Shown here piece after piece: positions 15,001 to 40,169 of a stretch of DNA of 63,270 nt. Source of the stretch: Phoronis australis (Eukaryota > Animalia > Phoronida); the NCBI GenBank assembly GCA_002633005.1, contig NMRA01000257.1:1-63270 (forward strand). Direction: 5' to 3'. The notes under the pieces are model-generated. The model was given only the letters and a program-made list of their open reading frames with translations, made no database searches and was not told the origin of the DNA. The number at the start of each line of letters is the position of its first letter. The first letter of the stretch is position 1. The position numbers and the translations under genes were made by a program.

Positions 15001-18000
15001 TGATACAAGATTCTACACAATCCTGACAACTGCATGGCAGGGTGTCATTGCTGACTGATTCATTACAAGGAACTGTCGGCATCTCCACGGGTGACAACTT
15101 CTCTGAAGGGTTAAAAGGATCAAAAGATATACTGGTATTTCCCACAGTTATGTCTATCTGAAAAGGTGTTGCAGGGTTGATTTGTTTATTTCCCAGAAAA
15201 TTCAGCCAATTGGTGGCATTACATTGATCAGCTGACTTGCCACAAAGGACAGCGATGGCCTTTTGATTGTTGCTAGGCATTTGAACATTGCGGCACGACT
15301 TGTACAGACCTTCCGCAAACACAGAAGAAACGTGGTAAGCAGCATGGCTGACTGACGAACTAGCATTCACAAATGACTTTCCTGAGTACGGTTTTGTGCC
15401 TCCAAGACTCCAATAGCCAGTGAAGTTACTGTGATTAGGGTCACAGGTCATGGCACAAAACAAGTTTATGAAATTTTTGAAGCATGACGGACATCTTGAT
15501 AGAAGCTGCCTCGGAACAGCAAAGTTACTGTCGAGTGTGATCAGCTGATTTGTATCGCAGCATGTCTCCATATTTCCTGAAAACAACATTTTAAAGATTG
15601 CAGTACATTTCTAACACACTATGACATGACACAGCATCAAAAATAGAACAGGAAAACTACTGGGGTATACTAAGCTTAGCAGGAATTTAATGAATAAGTT
15701 ATCAAATTGGCAATAAAATGCTTTTTTTTAAATAAACAATGACAGCTTTTGACCATTTTAGTTGTTTCCTTTCTATTAAAGCTAAATTATAACCTGATCA
15801 ACATCAATAAACTCTGAAGTATTTTCTTGAGTCGTTGATGGTTTTGACGTGCTTGTTTTTAACGGAAACAGAATCCTATCACAGTAAGGAGTATTACCAT
15901 TTTAAGAAAGCAACAGGCCCAATTTGAGTTTCATTGTTAACAAGCTAACGAAGGAGAGATACAGTCTTAAATCATAAACTTAGTGGCTTCCCTTCTACCA
16001 ATTAAACGTTTGTTAATCCATATCTGATGATTGACAGATACCTTTAGGGTTATGAGATTAATCTAAGTGTTGATAAAAATCAGTGATGTTGAGCGTTGCC
16101 CGAAAAATACTTAATAAACGTGTACTTCCACAATTATACTATTTTGTTACAAAGAAGTTCATTTGTGGAAAGTGCACCTTACCAACAGCATACTGTGGAC
16201 ACAATTTTTGCAGCAAAGCACGCCCAGTAGTGTTATGTAAGGGGAAGGCTGGTCCTTTATAAAGACAGTTCAACTTGGCATCTGGTTCATTATCCTGATG
16301 ACCACACTGTCCATACCATATGCAGTCACTCTGGACCTGGAAAGGAAAAAACCTCTAGAATTACACTAAATTATATGCAATGTATACAAACCACCCTTGA
16401 GACTGTCAAAGCAATTATGATAAGAAAAATTAAAGTGTACATTGTAATTTTTTAAAAGAAGTATGGTGCAACGTATTGAGGGCCAAAAATCATCAGCAGG
16501 AATAAAACTAGTTCGCAACGGAGTTCCTGGTCGCAGAAACAATCCTGTTGGTTCCCAATGTGGTCCTACAAACTTTCAAGGACTCTAGTCGCCTTTAAAA
16601 TTATTTAAAAACCTGGAAGTTGCACAAAACGCAATAACAATTCGCTGTCTACATTAAAGAGGATGCCGTATTTAGAGATTTTTTGAAAGTTTCATTGTTC
16701 TTCAAAACTAACCTGGAAATTCAACTGACATCCGAACGACCGTAGCAAGGTGCCTGATAATTACACGTTTGAATCTCAAAATGAACAGTCATTCCAATAT
16801 TCATATGGTAAAATCTCACCAATTTCGGACACAATATGGCGGCGACGTGAAACTTTATTTTCTCAATTTTCCCAGAATACGTAGCACCAAATCAATGTTT
16901 TTCCATGCACAAACTCTGCATTACAGCTACCACCAAACAATATTTTGAAAATGAATGAGCTAGAAGCCTTTGAATCATGAAGAAAATGTAATTTTGGCAA
17001 ATATTCTGGTCCAAAATTACCGTAACTGAAAATCCGCATTATTTTCTACACATGTGTTAGACACTTGGTGCATACCCGAAAAATCACTTGCAAGCACTGG
17101 TAATTGTGTCCATGTTGATGTACATGTATTAAACTGTCTTTTTCCATTTCCTGTACTTTTCATTCAAATATTCAGTCTATGTGTAACTGAATACACATCA
17201 ACATATACCGTTTTGTAACTTGGAATAAGACAAGATTCACTCACATGTTACTATTGGGCTTTTGTTCAGATGCTTCATGCGGTTTAAAATATGGATAGAG
17301 GAGGCAGTGCCACCTAGTGGGCTGTTCCCAATTTCGTGGGTGGATAGATAGAGAAGGCAGAGTGGCCCAGTGGGCTGAGCGTCTGCCTCCTATTCTCAAG
17401 TTCATGGGTTCATTATGTAGTTGTGCCTTTCATTCACGCAGTCACATGTGAATGAATGGTTTTTATACTATAAAACACAGCTCAGTAATGTTGCACAGCT
17501 TAAAGCTATAAAACTGACCTCATCTAGTTGGTTAGTTGTAAAATAATGTAAAAATGGATTCTGGATCAGTTTCAATAGGGTCTGTGCAATTTTTAAAAAG
17601 TTTTTGGACTAGCATACTATTCATATTTCCAGGTTTTGTGCATCCAGAGGAACAGACTGTTAGCTCAGCCAAGACCCATTTTTCAGGCCCAAAATCAACA
17701 TAACTGTTGAGAGCCACCAAAGGAATATCCCATAAGCCACTTCTAATCAAAGAACACATTGATACCAATTCACAGGGCAAATGGTCTAATCCTTTTAGCC
17801 TCTTCAAGTGAAACTGGGAAAGTTCGAAAGGGCAGTCAGTCATAAGCTGTGTTTATCCTGGTAACCACAAGAATAACATTTACATGTATGTACTGGGAGG
17901 TGGACTTTAAACCCTGGCTAATCACACCATTCAACATACATTGTCTTGTGACCTGAAGACAGGAACAGTGTAGTGATTGACAAGTGATATGCTTGAGACA

Positions 18001-21000
18001 TCATTTATTATTAAAGCATGGAAACAGAATGGGGAGGAGTACTGCTGTACAAGAGGTATAGGGAATGTGCTCCTCCGAAGGGTCACTAGGTTTCCTAGGA
18101 AGGGTCCCTTTTCACACAACACAACCTAGAGTAAGCGGCCACCTAACCCTGTTAGGCCACACTGCCTCCTAGCTTATAAACCATGCTAGTATTAAACTAA
18201 ATTTTTCTTAATTTCATATTTATTCTCGTGGAGTAATTTTGCAAAATAGAAAATCACTTTTCGGTCACTGCACACATTGTGCTAAGTAAGCAAAGAATTT
18301 CTACCTTTTCTGACACAATTCCCTATAATAGGGTTCAATTTGGGTGTTCAAGAAGGTTTTTAATACTAACCTTTTAAACCATCATGCAAAATATGTACTC
18401 ATTTTGCCAATTATTCTTTAACTATTTCTGGATGAATTATAAAAATTCAGCTGTCCCAGAGTTCCTTCGAAAGAGTTGCAGTAACTTTATGGACGTAATT
18501 AACTCATACAAAAAGTGGTGTTCCTGTAAAAATGCTGACAAAAATAGTGACTTTTTCCATGGAAACTCTCCAAATGGGACCCCGTTTCATGTCCACTCTT
18601 TAAATGGGTGGAAATCCTAATTTTTCAGCAGCACAAACCCCAGGCCCACACCGTCAAAATTATACTCATACCCTCGCTCCCAGGGAACACTAAACTTCAA
18701 CCTTTCAATTACTACAAAAATTAGCTATTCCTGTCCAAAAATTATTTCGAAATTTACATGAGCAATTAAACGTCGCATTTACAATCATCAAAAACAAATC
18801 TATCACATCTACCTCTACCATTCCCACTAACTCGTCTCAGGTAACGACACTGGAATTAGCGCTAAGGATTAAACACCAGGTGGGGTAGTTGCTTTGCACC
18901 ACTGCTTGAATTTGTATGCAACATGTTCCATATTGTAGCTACAACTCACACTGCAGTGGAGATGAACTTAACCATTGAGGAAGAGTTTTAAGTTGATGTA
19001 GGACTCTAAAACTTAGTGCAGCGTATTGGTTATTGTTGTGAGGAGAGGGGATAAAGATGGCTGCCTCCAGAGAACGCGACTTTGCACCATCCGTGTTGTA
19101 TGCTTTTTTGGTTTGTTTAGCTTATACCAAACACTATACTTCGGAACACCACAATTCACATCTTAAAAATGGATGACTGGAGTCATATGAAACTTGTCCA
19201 TGCCTCTGCTTTATGCACTAATCTGCAATGTGCTGTTTTTAAAATGTTCCACTTAGGTGTGAGGGTCTTCCAAAAATTGGACTTTTATGAAAAAAAAAGT
19301 TGTTGATATCCAAAACGAAAAGAAAACAGAAAACTGAACAGCATCTAGAACACATATATTCTTGAACATTTATATTCAACAAAATTTTGATGGATACCTT
19401 TGTTTTGCTACCAATTAGTCCCAATTGGTGGCAGACTGGTAAAAAGTCAACAATTAAATTCTACTTTCAGAAAATATAAAAACTTTCATTGAAATAAAAT
19501 CTATGCTTTGGTAGATATTTGGTTAAATACGGACTTGTCAACAGAATCTTACATAACCAGGGTTAATTAAGCACAGAAGTTATGATTTACCAATGATCAA
19601 AACTCCACAAAACAGGGGCGCTGTAAGGAATGTCAGCATAATACAATACATAGAATTATTGAACAATTCCTTGATTAACTGGTAAACAATGGAATTGTGG
19701 AATTAACTTCATTATCAGCAAAACCTATTAGTGGTATCTTGTGACCAAATGGGCATTTTTAAACACATACACGTGACAAATGAAAAAATCTCAACCTCAA
19801 GCATTATTAAACCTGGACAATGTACAGTATGGACGCTCAAAATAAACAACTATCAACAATATATATTGCAGTATCTTCCATGAAACTAAGAAAATTTGCT
19901 TGCGCTATACCTGAAAGGAAACCCATCTTGTAGCCCAGATAGGCTAACACTTTAATAACATAATNNNNNNNNNNNNNNNNNNNNNNNNNNNNNNNNNNNN
20001 NNNNNNNNNNNNNNNNNNNNNNNNNNNNNNNNNNNNNNNNNNNNNNNNNNNNNNNNNNNNNNNNNNNNNNNNNNNNNNNNNNNNNNNNNNNNNNNNNNNN
20101 NNNNNNNNNNNNNNNNNNNNNNNNNNNNNNNNNNNNNNNNNNNNNNNNNNTTGAATTTGTATGCAACATGTTCCATATTGTAGCTACAACTCACACTGCA
20201 GTGGAGTTGAACTTAACCATTGAGGAAGAGTTTTAAGTTGATGTAGGACTCTAGAACTTAGTGCAGCGTATTGGTTATTGTTGTGAGGAGAGGGGATAAA
20301 GATGGCTGCCTCCAGAGAACGCGACTTTGCACCATCCGTGTTGTATGCTTTTTTGGTTTGTTTAGCTTATACCAAACACTACACTTCAGAAAACCACAAT
20401 TCACGTCTTAAAAATGGATGACTGGAGTCATATGAAACTTGTCCATACCTCTGCTTTATGCACTAATCTGCAATGTGCTGTTTTTAAAATGTTCCACTTA
20501 TGTGTGAGGGTCTTCCAAAAATTGGACTTTTATGAAAAAAAAAAGTTGTAGATATCCAAAACGAAAAGAAAACAGAAAACTGTACAGCATCTAGAACACA
20601 TATATTCTTGAACATTTATATTCAACAAAATTTTGATGGATACCTTTGTTTTGCTACCAATTAGTCCCAATTTATGGCAGACAGGTAAAAAGTCAACAAT
20701 TGAATTCTACTTTCAGAAAATATAAAAGCTTTCATTAAATTAAAATCTATGCTTTGGTAGATATTTGGTTAAATACGGACTTGTCAACAGGATCTTACAT
20801 AACCAGGGCTAATTAAGCACAGAAGTTATGATTTATCAATGATCAAAACTCCACAAAACAGGGGCGCTGTAAGCAATGTCAGCATAATACAATACATAGA
20901 ATTATTGAACAATTCCTTGATTAACTGGTAAACAATGGAATTGTGGAATTAACTTCATTATCAGCAAAACCTATTAGTGGTATCTTGTGACCAAATGGGC

Positions 21001-24000
21001 ATTTTTAAACACATACACGTGACAAATGAAAAAATCTCAACCTCAAGCATTATTAAACTTGGACAATGTACAGTATGGACGCTCAAAATAAACAACTATC
21101 AACAATATATATTGCAGTATCTTCCATGAAACTAAGAAAATTTGCTTGCGCTATACCTGAAAGGAAACTCATCTTGTAGCCCAGATAGGCTAACACTTTA
21201 ATAACATAATCTGCAATTAATTTTCTTCTCATACCCTTAGTAATATTCGACAATCCACAAAGCTAAAAATGTGCAACAAAATTGATTGAATTTTCAACTT
21301 CAAGTTGACTATATTACATCTGACTGAAAAATATCAAGAAACTAGTATGAACACTGTAATTTCTACTTGAACATTTCAATAGCTGTGAAAATGCAGATGG
21401 AAAGCTTACAGTAGCAAGAAATATCTCTTATAATCCATTTCACCCCAACTTACAGGGAAGAGCAATAGTTCAACATGATACATCAAGTTTCCTTGAATTC
21501 GGACAAAAATAAAGGTCAAAATTCGAATTCTGACATATTTCAAATGCTCAGTCATTACCAAAAATGTTCAAAATTCCAACTCAAAGAAATGCTTCAGTAA
21601 TTAAGATTTCTTTTTGGTATGTCTCCTCTTAAGTCAAAAAAATCATTTACAAGTAATATTTTGCTCAGGTATACTCAGATACTCTGGCAGATCACCAGTG
21701 TCGAGCGTTAATGGTTAGCTTGCTTCCGAGTTTATGGACATCGACCTCGATGTGAAAAAATTTTCATGTTATAAGGCCCTTTCAAACTAACGTCAACGCG
21801 TTGATTTTTATGGAGTTGCGGTCATTAGGAATGGTTAACTTCCAACATGGATCGAAGCAGGCCTTTATCCAGGATTTTGAAAATAGGATGTCCAAAATGG
21901 GGTTCCCAATATTCCAGGGCGTCCATGATTCCGACGCGTAACCCCCCACCCCCAGCAATACCCCCAAACACACACATTTTTTTTACAAAAAATGCATAGA
22001 TCAAGGTTTTTATATCTAAGTTTATAAAACAGCACCACTTAACAAGTGGATTTAACAATGGAGCATCGACGCTGTGGTGTAGTATGAACGGTCAACTTCA
22101 TCCCGTCGAAGTTATCGCCGGGTGCCACTGTTATCGTCAAGAATTAAAGAGCATTGTTGTTGCTAACATTTGCTTATATATTTTGTTAGCAAAATCACAA
22201 ATGATTTAAAAATAAGTTATGTCTTAGCACATGCAAATGTTCCCAAACTGTCACATCTTAGCGTGCAGCACTACCTTGCGATTATTTTGATGAAAACAGC
22301 TAACGTCACTTACTGGTTATTTCAATGTAGGTTAACCACCGAAGCCGATATGAACAGTTTGGTTAATTTCACAGTTTACGTCGATGCTCTGCTCAGATCA
22401 GAGTTTAGCCTTGGTACAAAGCTGAGGATTGCGCAAGAAAATGACGTTTATTAGATTGTTTTCTACTTAAACGGCTGTAACGGGCAAGGTGAATGTCGTT
22501 TGATTCCCAGATTTTGCATGCACCCCGTCCGGTCATTAGCTCTACATGTTGATACAGGTTTCACGGCGAGGTGATGAGCAGAACTACCCTGGCTATGTGC
22601 AATTTCAGGGTCTTTGGAAGAAAAACACACAATGGTACCAAGCTGTATTTTGGCGATAGTCTTCATACAGTAGCTGGCAGGCTAACCAGAGTTAAGTCAA
22701 TATGACAGGGCTTACAGACATGAGCAGTGAGGTAATCACATCAGAAATTGGTCAGTTCCTAATTACGTTGACAGAACGAGGAACTATTCATCTAATTCAG
22801 AAAAAATGTTGAATGTGGGAGTACTTTGATAGTTGACTTAGCTGGAAATTTTCAAAGACCAACTGCCTCTAAATGTGTCCAGTTATGTACACTTGAAAGC
22901 TACTCTGATTAGCCATGGTTTAGTGTAATTTAACAAAATTTTCCTGCATTAGATTAATCAATTAGGTCACTGTCATGCATACCCTATCACCCTAGCCTTG
23001 GCGTTTCGTTGGAGGTCCTTGTTTATCCCAGGGGAAATGTGTCTGTGCCTTCTGAGAGAGGAATTTTAGGGGAGAGGGTGTCGCGGGGAGATTTTATGTA
23101 GGATGAAAAATTCTACATCCCTATCACCATCAATAGCATCCCCACCCAACTGCAACACTTCATAATCTGTCTCAAGTAGCCAATTAACATTTTGCTCTCT
23201 TTCAAATTGTCACCAGTGTGAGCTACAAATTATTTGACCCTAGAAGGGAATATTGTAGATGTGCTTCCAGTGAATCATACGAGCCTCTCGGTTAGCTACT
23301 CGCTAACGGGCAATTGCCTATTAGCTGAATGGTCAGCACGCTTGCCGGTTTTATGGGGTCACTGGTTTGATCCCCGGGTCGGGCAATCTCAGCTATTACT
23401 ACATAGGCGGATTTAGGGGGGCCAAGGGGGCCCGCTTTCCCTCCCCTTGGCTACCCTAAGCAAAAATGAAACAGCAACAGCAAGAAGCGCAAGGAAATAT
23501 TGAGTAAGCAACTAGGATGCGGAGAAGGGGGTGCCCCAGATTGCGGCGTTCTCGTTTTTTTTTCTTTTTTAGTCCATTGGTAGATTTTCCAAACAGAAGG
23601 TCCACATACCCAGCTCCCGCAACTTCGAGCTGCGCTGCACATACAATCGCGCTTTGTCCGATTTCCCGAGACAACATGTTGGACCCCCTTTATGGTATCC
23701 TAGATCCGCCACTGTATTACAGGAAATTTTTTAAGCACTTGAAGGGAATTTCTGGGCCCCAGAGAGGAAGTTTGGGTGATTTTTTAATGTCTGTAGGATA
23801 TCGACCCATAATTGAGGGATTGAGGGCCGTGGCCGTGGCCCTGAGCCTGAGTTGTCAACCGACCATGAGTGAGAAATTTATAAGGCCTCAGATTGTCACT
23901 AGTAAAATCGCTTTAAAGAAAAGTACGTGATTGAGCAATTCATACCATACCATAAAAAATGATAAATAATAAGGACAAGAAAAACTGACTTCGTTGAACT

Positions 24001-24136
24001 TTCACTGATTCACAATGAATCAGCTCTGTCAGTGTCAGTTGCCATCGCCACCACCATGGCTCTGGCATACGTAACTTACGTTTTCGAACACGACCAGCAC
24101 ACAATACGCGCCAAGAAATACTCCTGGCAACTTCAT
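1..24136 (-). CDS. NPC1: NPC intracellular cholesterol transporter 1 (Niemann-Pick C1), 5' ~960 codons; 3' part lies beyond the left edge
   Basis: Exons, all GT-AG and phase-compatible: 24080-24136, 16183-16336, 14541-15576, 14055-14187, 13510-13742, 12282-12382, 11067-11227, 9229-9357, 7317-7499, 5559-5673, 3390-3517, 2598-2732, 1559-1648, 928-1118, <1-35. Translation: signal peptide [19 protein letters not shown]; Cys-rich N-terminal domain (CIWYGQC...[20 protein letters not shown]...PCSCQDC); poly-Pro; PVELWSAP; [12 protein letters not shown]; sterol-sensing domain ([46 protein letters not shown]); GLDQSLSMP; VGAPVYYV; ASSWLD. Confidence 0.97.
2945..3389. repeat. 15-bp minisatellite (GACACACTAGTGTAT)n, roughly 29 degenerate units
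   Basis: Tandem units read directly; each contains the palindrome ACACTAGTGT. Explains the repetitive ORFs 2913-3101, 2921-3262 and the tail of 3264-3533. Confidence 0.95.
8950..9020 (+). mobile_element. Degenerate tRNA-derived SINE head (not a functional tRNA)
   Basis: A-box-like TGGCATAGCGAG and B-box GTTCGAGTC at tRNA-like spacing; no intact cloverleaf. Confidence 0.5.
9583..9895. repeat. Three tandem ~104-bp units, probably the 3' part of the reverse-oriented HINE-like element
   Basis: Units start at 9583, 9688 and 9792. The reverse complement (CATCTAATGGCAATTTTTGTGATACAAATAAACAC) matches the 3' region of the 30536-31813 element near 31727-31761. Confidence 0.85.
10380..10994 (-). mobile_element. 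Helentron/HINE-like non-autonomous repeat (reverse orientation); may extend left to ~9420
   Basis: Reverse-complement similarity to the 30536-31813 core (compare ORFs 10196-10690 and 30805-31086: [24 protein letters not shown]). Minus-strand 5' end TTTTTATG followed by GTCC-type microrepeats. Confidence 0.7.
12523..12852. mobile_element. ~330-bp palindromic MITE-like element
   Basis: AATTTCAGCTACAATCCTCTAA ... TTAGAGGATTGTAGCTAAAATT, plus inner arms CACCAAACCAATGGAACAAATCCC / GGGATCTGTACCACGAGTTTGGTG. Confidence 0.75.
13333..13412. repeat. 80-bp inverted repeat (28-bp arms, 24-nt loop)
   Basis: TAACGTGCTTGCACTTTGAGAACCAGTT ... AACTGGTTCTCAAAATATGAGCACATTA; 23/28 Watson-Crick pairs, all differences are transitions. 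Confidence 0.85.
14426..14460 (+). repeat. (CCATA)6 microsatellite
   Basis: Read directly; followed by one degenerate CCACA unit. Confidence 0.95.
18906..21210. other. Assembly gap (N 19965-20150) flanked by a ~1.06-kb near-identical direct duplication (18906-19964 / 20151-21210)
   Basis: Both copies abut the gap exactly and differ by roughly 25 scattered substitutions/1-bp indels (hand count), typical of uncollapsed haplotypes. Confidence 0.9.
23402..23714. mobile_element. hAT-like MITE (CAGTGGCGGATCTAG-type termini)
   Basis: Left CATAGGCGGATTTAG, right CTAGATCCGCCACTG (12/15 complementary); flanks TATTACTA / TATTACAG resemble a degenerate 8-bp TSD. A related insert lies at ~52724-52868. 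Confidence 0.6.
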
Positions 24137-24522
24137 GATATTACTTGATAGTACAGATCCAAATGATGGCCTCCACTTATTTTCCAAACGGGGTAGTTCT
24201 GGTGCTAGTAGCCCATAATCATGTTAATCACGAGCTGTGACAAATAGGTCACTTCACCGCAAAGAAGGTCGAAGGTGAGTGGTGTGATTCCTCGAAAATA
24301 CGTCATGTAATAGTAGATGAATTATTGTTAGTAGGCCCAATTCATGGGGATAGATGATTCTATATTTCTGTATTGGTTGTGAAGAAATATACCTATAACA
24401 CCTTATGAAGCTTCAGAAAATTTAAATTCACAAGGACAACATAGTGTTATCAAATAATGCAATTTACAAGAAGGTTATTCAAAAAATTCTCGCTCTCGCA
24501 GTAAACGTGACTTCCTGATTCA
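24137..24522. promoter_or_regulatory. Putative bidirectional promoter and 5' UTR region shared by NPC1 and PEF1
   Basis: 386 bp between divergent ATGs. SRE-like ATCACACCAC (minus strand, 24279-24288), CCAAT 24337-24341, ATTGG 24372-24376, and AACGTGAC overlapping ETS-like ACTTCCTG near 24504-24517. TSSs are not visible from sequence. Confidence 0.7.
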
Positions 24523-37236
<12,714 letters not shown>

Positions 37237-38332
37237 ACTACTTCACAGTGGTTTTTAAATATAAGTTAATAAAAAAATTCTGGTCAAAAATTGGCAAAAT
37301 TTAAAAGCTAACATATTGTAAATAGTTTTCAAGTGATTTAGCATTATCTTTAGAGTATTTTCCATCTTGATTTTTGCCATTTTTGATAACTTCAACGAAG
37401 CAAGATGTGTCTAAACAACTCATTAGCTTTTTTGAAAACTAGTTAGTAGTTGCAAGCTGCTTTAAATGGTATTTTGCTTTTTTGTGACTTTGTAAGTCAA
37501 ATAACAACTTTTCAACCTTTGAACTTATTTAGGTAATTCAAAAGTGTCTTATTCTACTCTTCCTTTATTCTGTTATGAATTTCTTCTTTTGAGTTTCTAT
37601 AAATTTTGGTCAAATTAGTTTTTTTTCTGTAGGCAATTTTATTGTGCTTAATTCTAAAAAACTTGATGTGTTTATTGATGCTAATTAAGAAGTCAATGTT
37701 ACCTGGTATGGTATGTCACGATGTTGAATTACATTAACATATATATAATGCTGTTTGTATTAATTTAACCTAATGCATTATTTGTTAAAAAAGTGAATTA
37801 TATTATGATACCGCAACTCTGAAACAAAATACTGTTCTTTATGTTGCTATCACAATGTATATGTAGTTTACGAATTGAAATTAATCATGTAAACTAACGA
37901 AAAAATATACACTTTGTCCTATAATTATTAATATTCATTTTCATTAGCAGTACCAACACATTATTTATCCATCAGCTTAAACAGTGTTCAAAACGCTTTC
38001 AGCACAAAACTGCAACACACAAGTTACCACAAAATGCAGAGAATGCTGGATAAGCTCATACCATAGTTTGTTGAGAGTTGAAGCTGTACCCATTGTTAAA
38101 AGGATACTAAACCTGGTTTGGAATAATAACAGATGTCAAAAACAACAACGTGGAGTTCTCTGAAATAAAATAATGCTATGTAACCCTCAAGAGTTTGGAG
38201 CAAAGCGTAAAAGCTCCTCAGTCACATAAATGGGCAAGCGTGACTTACACTTTAGGCAAGTTTCTCAACAACTGTAGGGAAAGACTACCTACCAAGAACC
38301 ATTATATCCAAGCTGTGATGCACGGAGTACTA

Positions 38333-38502
38333 AACAGCTTATTATTTAAAATGACTTATTCTTATTAAAATGACATGGGCAAGAAATTGAATTTTGGGCT
38401 CAAAAGTGGGGCACCTAATTAATATAGGAGCCCCACTCTTCGGACCCCTTCTGGCGGTGTCCAAATTTACTTTCTTGCCCACGTCATTTTAAATAAGCTG
38501 TT
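38333..38502. mobile_element. ~170-bp palindromic MITE
   Basis: AACAGCTTATT..TTAAAATGACATGGGCAAGAAA versus TTTCTTGCCCACGTCATTTTAAATAAGCTGTT. Confidence 0.75.
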
Positions 38503-39539
38503 ACTAGTTTTCAATTGAATCCCACTTTTATCACTTAGCTGGGACATCAGTGACACATTAGCAGGTGACAGAACAAGGATTGTGCGAAATCACCAATAGA
38601 GGGTTCAGTATCCTTTTGAATAATGTATAGTGTTGACATGTCAAGCTATTACTTCTAGCCAATCCTGGGTTAGAAAAATGTGAATGCAATGATCCTGTGG
38701 CAGGGAACTTGTGGGACTTCAAAGCAGTAACTACGATTGCCACTGCCAATTGGTGTTTGTGCATTTTAACTGTTTTTACATCAGGAAAATTACTGAAAAC
38801 AATGGGAAAATGTTTTGTTCTTGATGTCATAACAATTAATAAAATGGCAAAACCCACCTATCGGTAACTCAAACCGTTATTTATTGTAAGCCGGAAGAAT
38901 CTACCAACTAAAACTGGCTTACGGATAATCTATCACAACAGAAAGGTGGAATTCTTTGATATTATGATGATCTGCAGTTTTATACACATCATTTGAACTG
39001 CCCTTTTTTAAGCAAAATATGGCTTTTGATTTAGAAAATTTGTCGACAGTAAAACTAATGTCAACTTTACATACGTAGTATTCAGATGGAAAGTTGATTT
39101 TGGGTCTTGGAAAGGGCTGATACAAATTATTGGGCAAGGCCATGCTTGTCGCACAAAATGACCAATGGCGATAAACAATATTACAACAAACTCGCCCCTT
39201 CCCACGTCCACAACTCACTTCCAATTTAAGCAAGTAACAATACAATTCAGACCAGTTTTCCCGCATCTAGTCTAAATCACGTTATAGTATATGACCTCTA
39301 CAAAATACAGTAAAGTTGCATTATTTTCAGACACAAAACAAACCTAATGGTTACCAAAATTTTCTTAATCTTTGTTTTAGTTCAATATTTTGACACAATG
39401 CACAATTACAGGAATCCATTTTGCCGAGTTGTGCTATGAGCAACATTGTAGAGTAAAACAAGACACAAGTGGTCGAAAAGTGTCGTTTATTACTACGCAA
39501 ATAAAACTGAAAGATGGTCATGAGGAAAAACTATGCAAG

Positions 39540-40010
39540 GGTGTGTACAAGGTAAAGCCCTGATACGTGAGGGTGTGTACAAAGTAAAACCCTGATACAT
39601 GAGGCTGTGTACAAAGTAAAGCCCTGATACGTGAGGCTGTGTATAAAATAAAGCCCCGATACGCGAGAATGTGTACAAGGTAAAGCCCTGATACGTGAGT
39701 GTGTACAAAGTAAAGCCCTGATATGTGAGGCTGTGTACAAGGTAAAGCCCTGATACGTAAGAGTGNTGTGTACAAAGTAAAGCCCTGATACGTGAGGCTG
39801 TGTACAAAGTAAAGCCCTGATACGTGAGGATGTGTACAAAGTAAAGCCCTGATACGTGAGGGTGTGTACAAGGTAAAGCCCTGATATGTGAGTGTGTACA
39901 AAGTAAAGTCCTGATACGTGAGGCTATGTACAAAGTAAAGCCCTGATACGTGAGGCTATGTACAAAGTAAAGACCTGATACGTGAGGCTGTGTAGAAAGT
40001 AAAGCCCTGA
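39540..40010. repeat. 30/32-bp minisatellite (TGTACAAAGTAAAGCCCTGATACGTGAGGCTG)n, ~15 units, N at 39766
   Basis: Read directly; head-to-tail with no unique spacers. Explains ORFs 39493-40068, 39518-39901 and 39531-39839. Confidence 0.95.
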
Positions 40011-40169
40011 TTAAAATGACACAAATTAAGTTACAGTGGAAAAATATAAGAAAGATTTGAATGAACAATTTACAATAAGAGTAGACCCCTGATTAGAATG
40101 ACACAAATTAAGATACGGTGGAAAAATATAAGAAAGATTTGAATGAACAATTTACAATGACAGTAGACC
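40005..40169. repeat. 82-bp tandem duplication adjoining the minisatellite
   Basis: CCCTGATTA.AATGACACAAATTAAG.TAC.GTGGAAAAATATAAGAAAGATTTGAATGAACAATTTACAAT starts at 40005 and again at 40087. Confidence 0.9.

Noticed and set aside
19837-20194. ORFs spanning the N run
   Set aside because: Artefacts of translating through the assembly gap.
17360-23390. tRNA-like segments at ~17360-17412 and ~23320-23385 (also 8950 and 55364)
   Set aside because: Only A/B-box remnants with no acceptor/anticodon stem pairing; treated as decayed SINE heads, not tRNA genes.
39540-40010. Regular ~32-bp repeats resembling a CRISPR array; 191-aa repetitive ORF
   Set aside because: Units are head-to-tail with no unique spacers, the context is eukaryotic, and no cas genes are present; the ORFs are by-products of the minisatellite.
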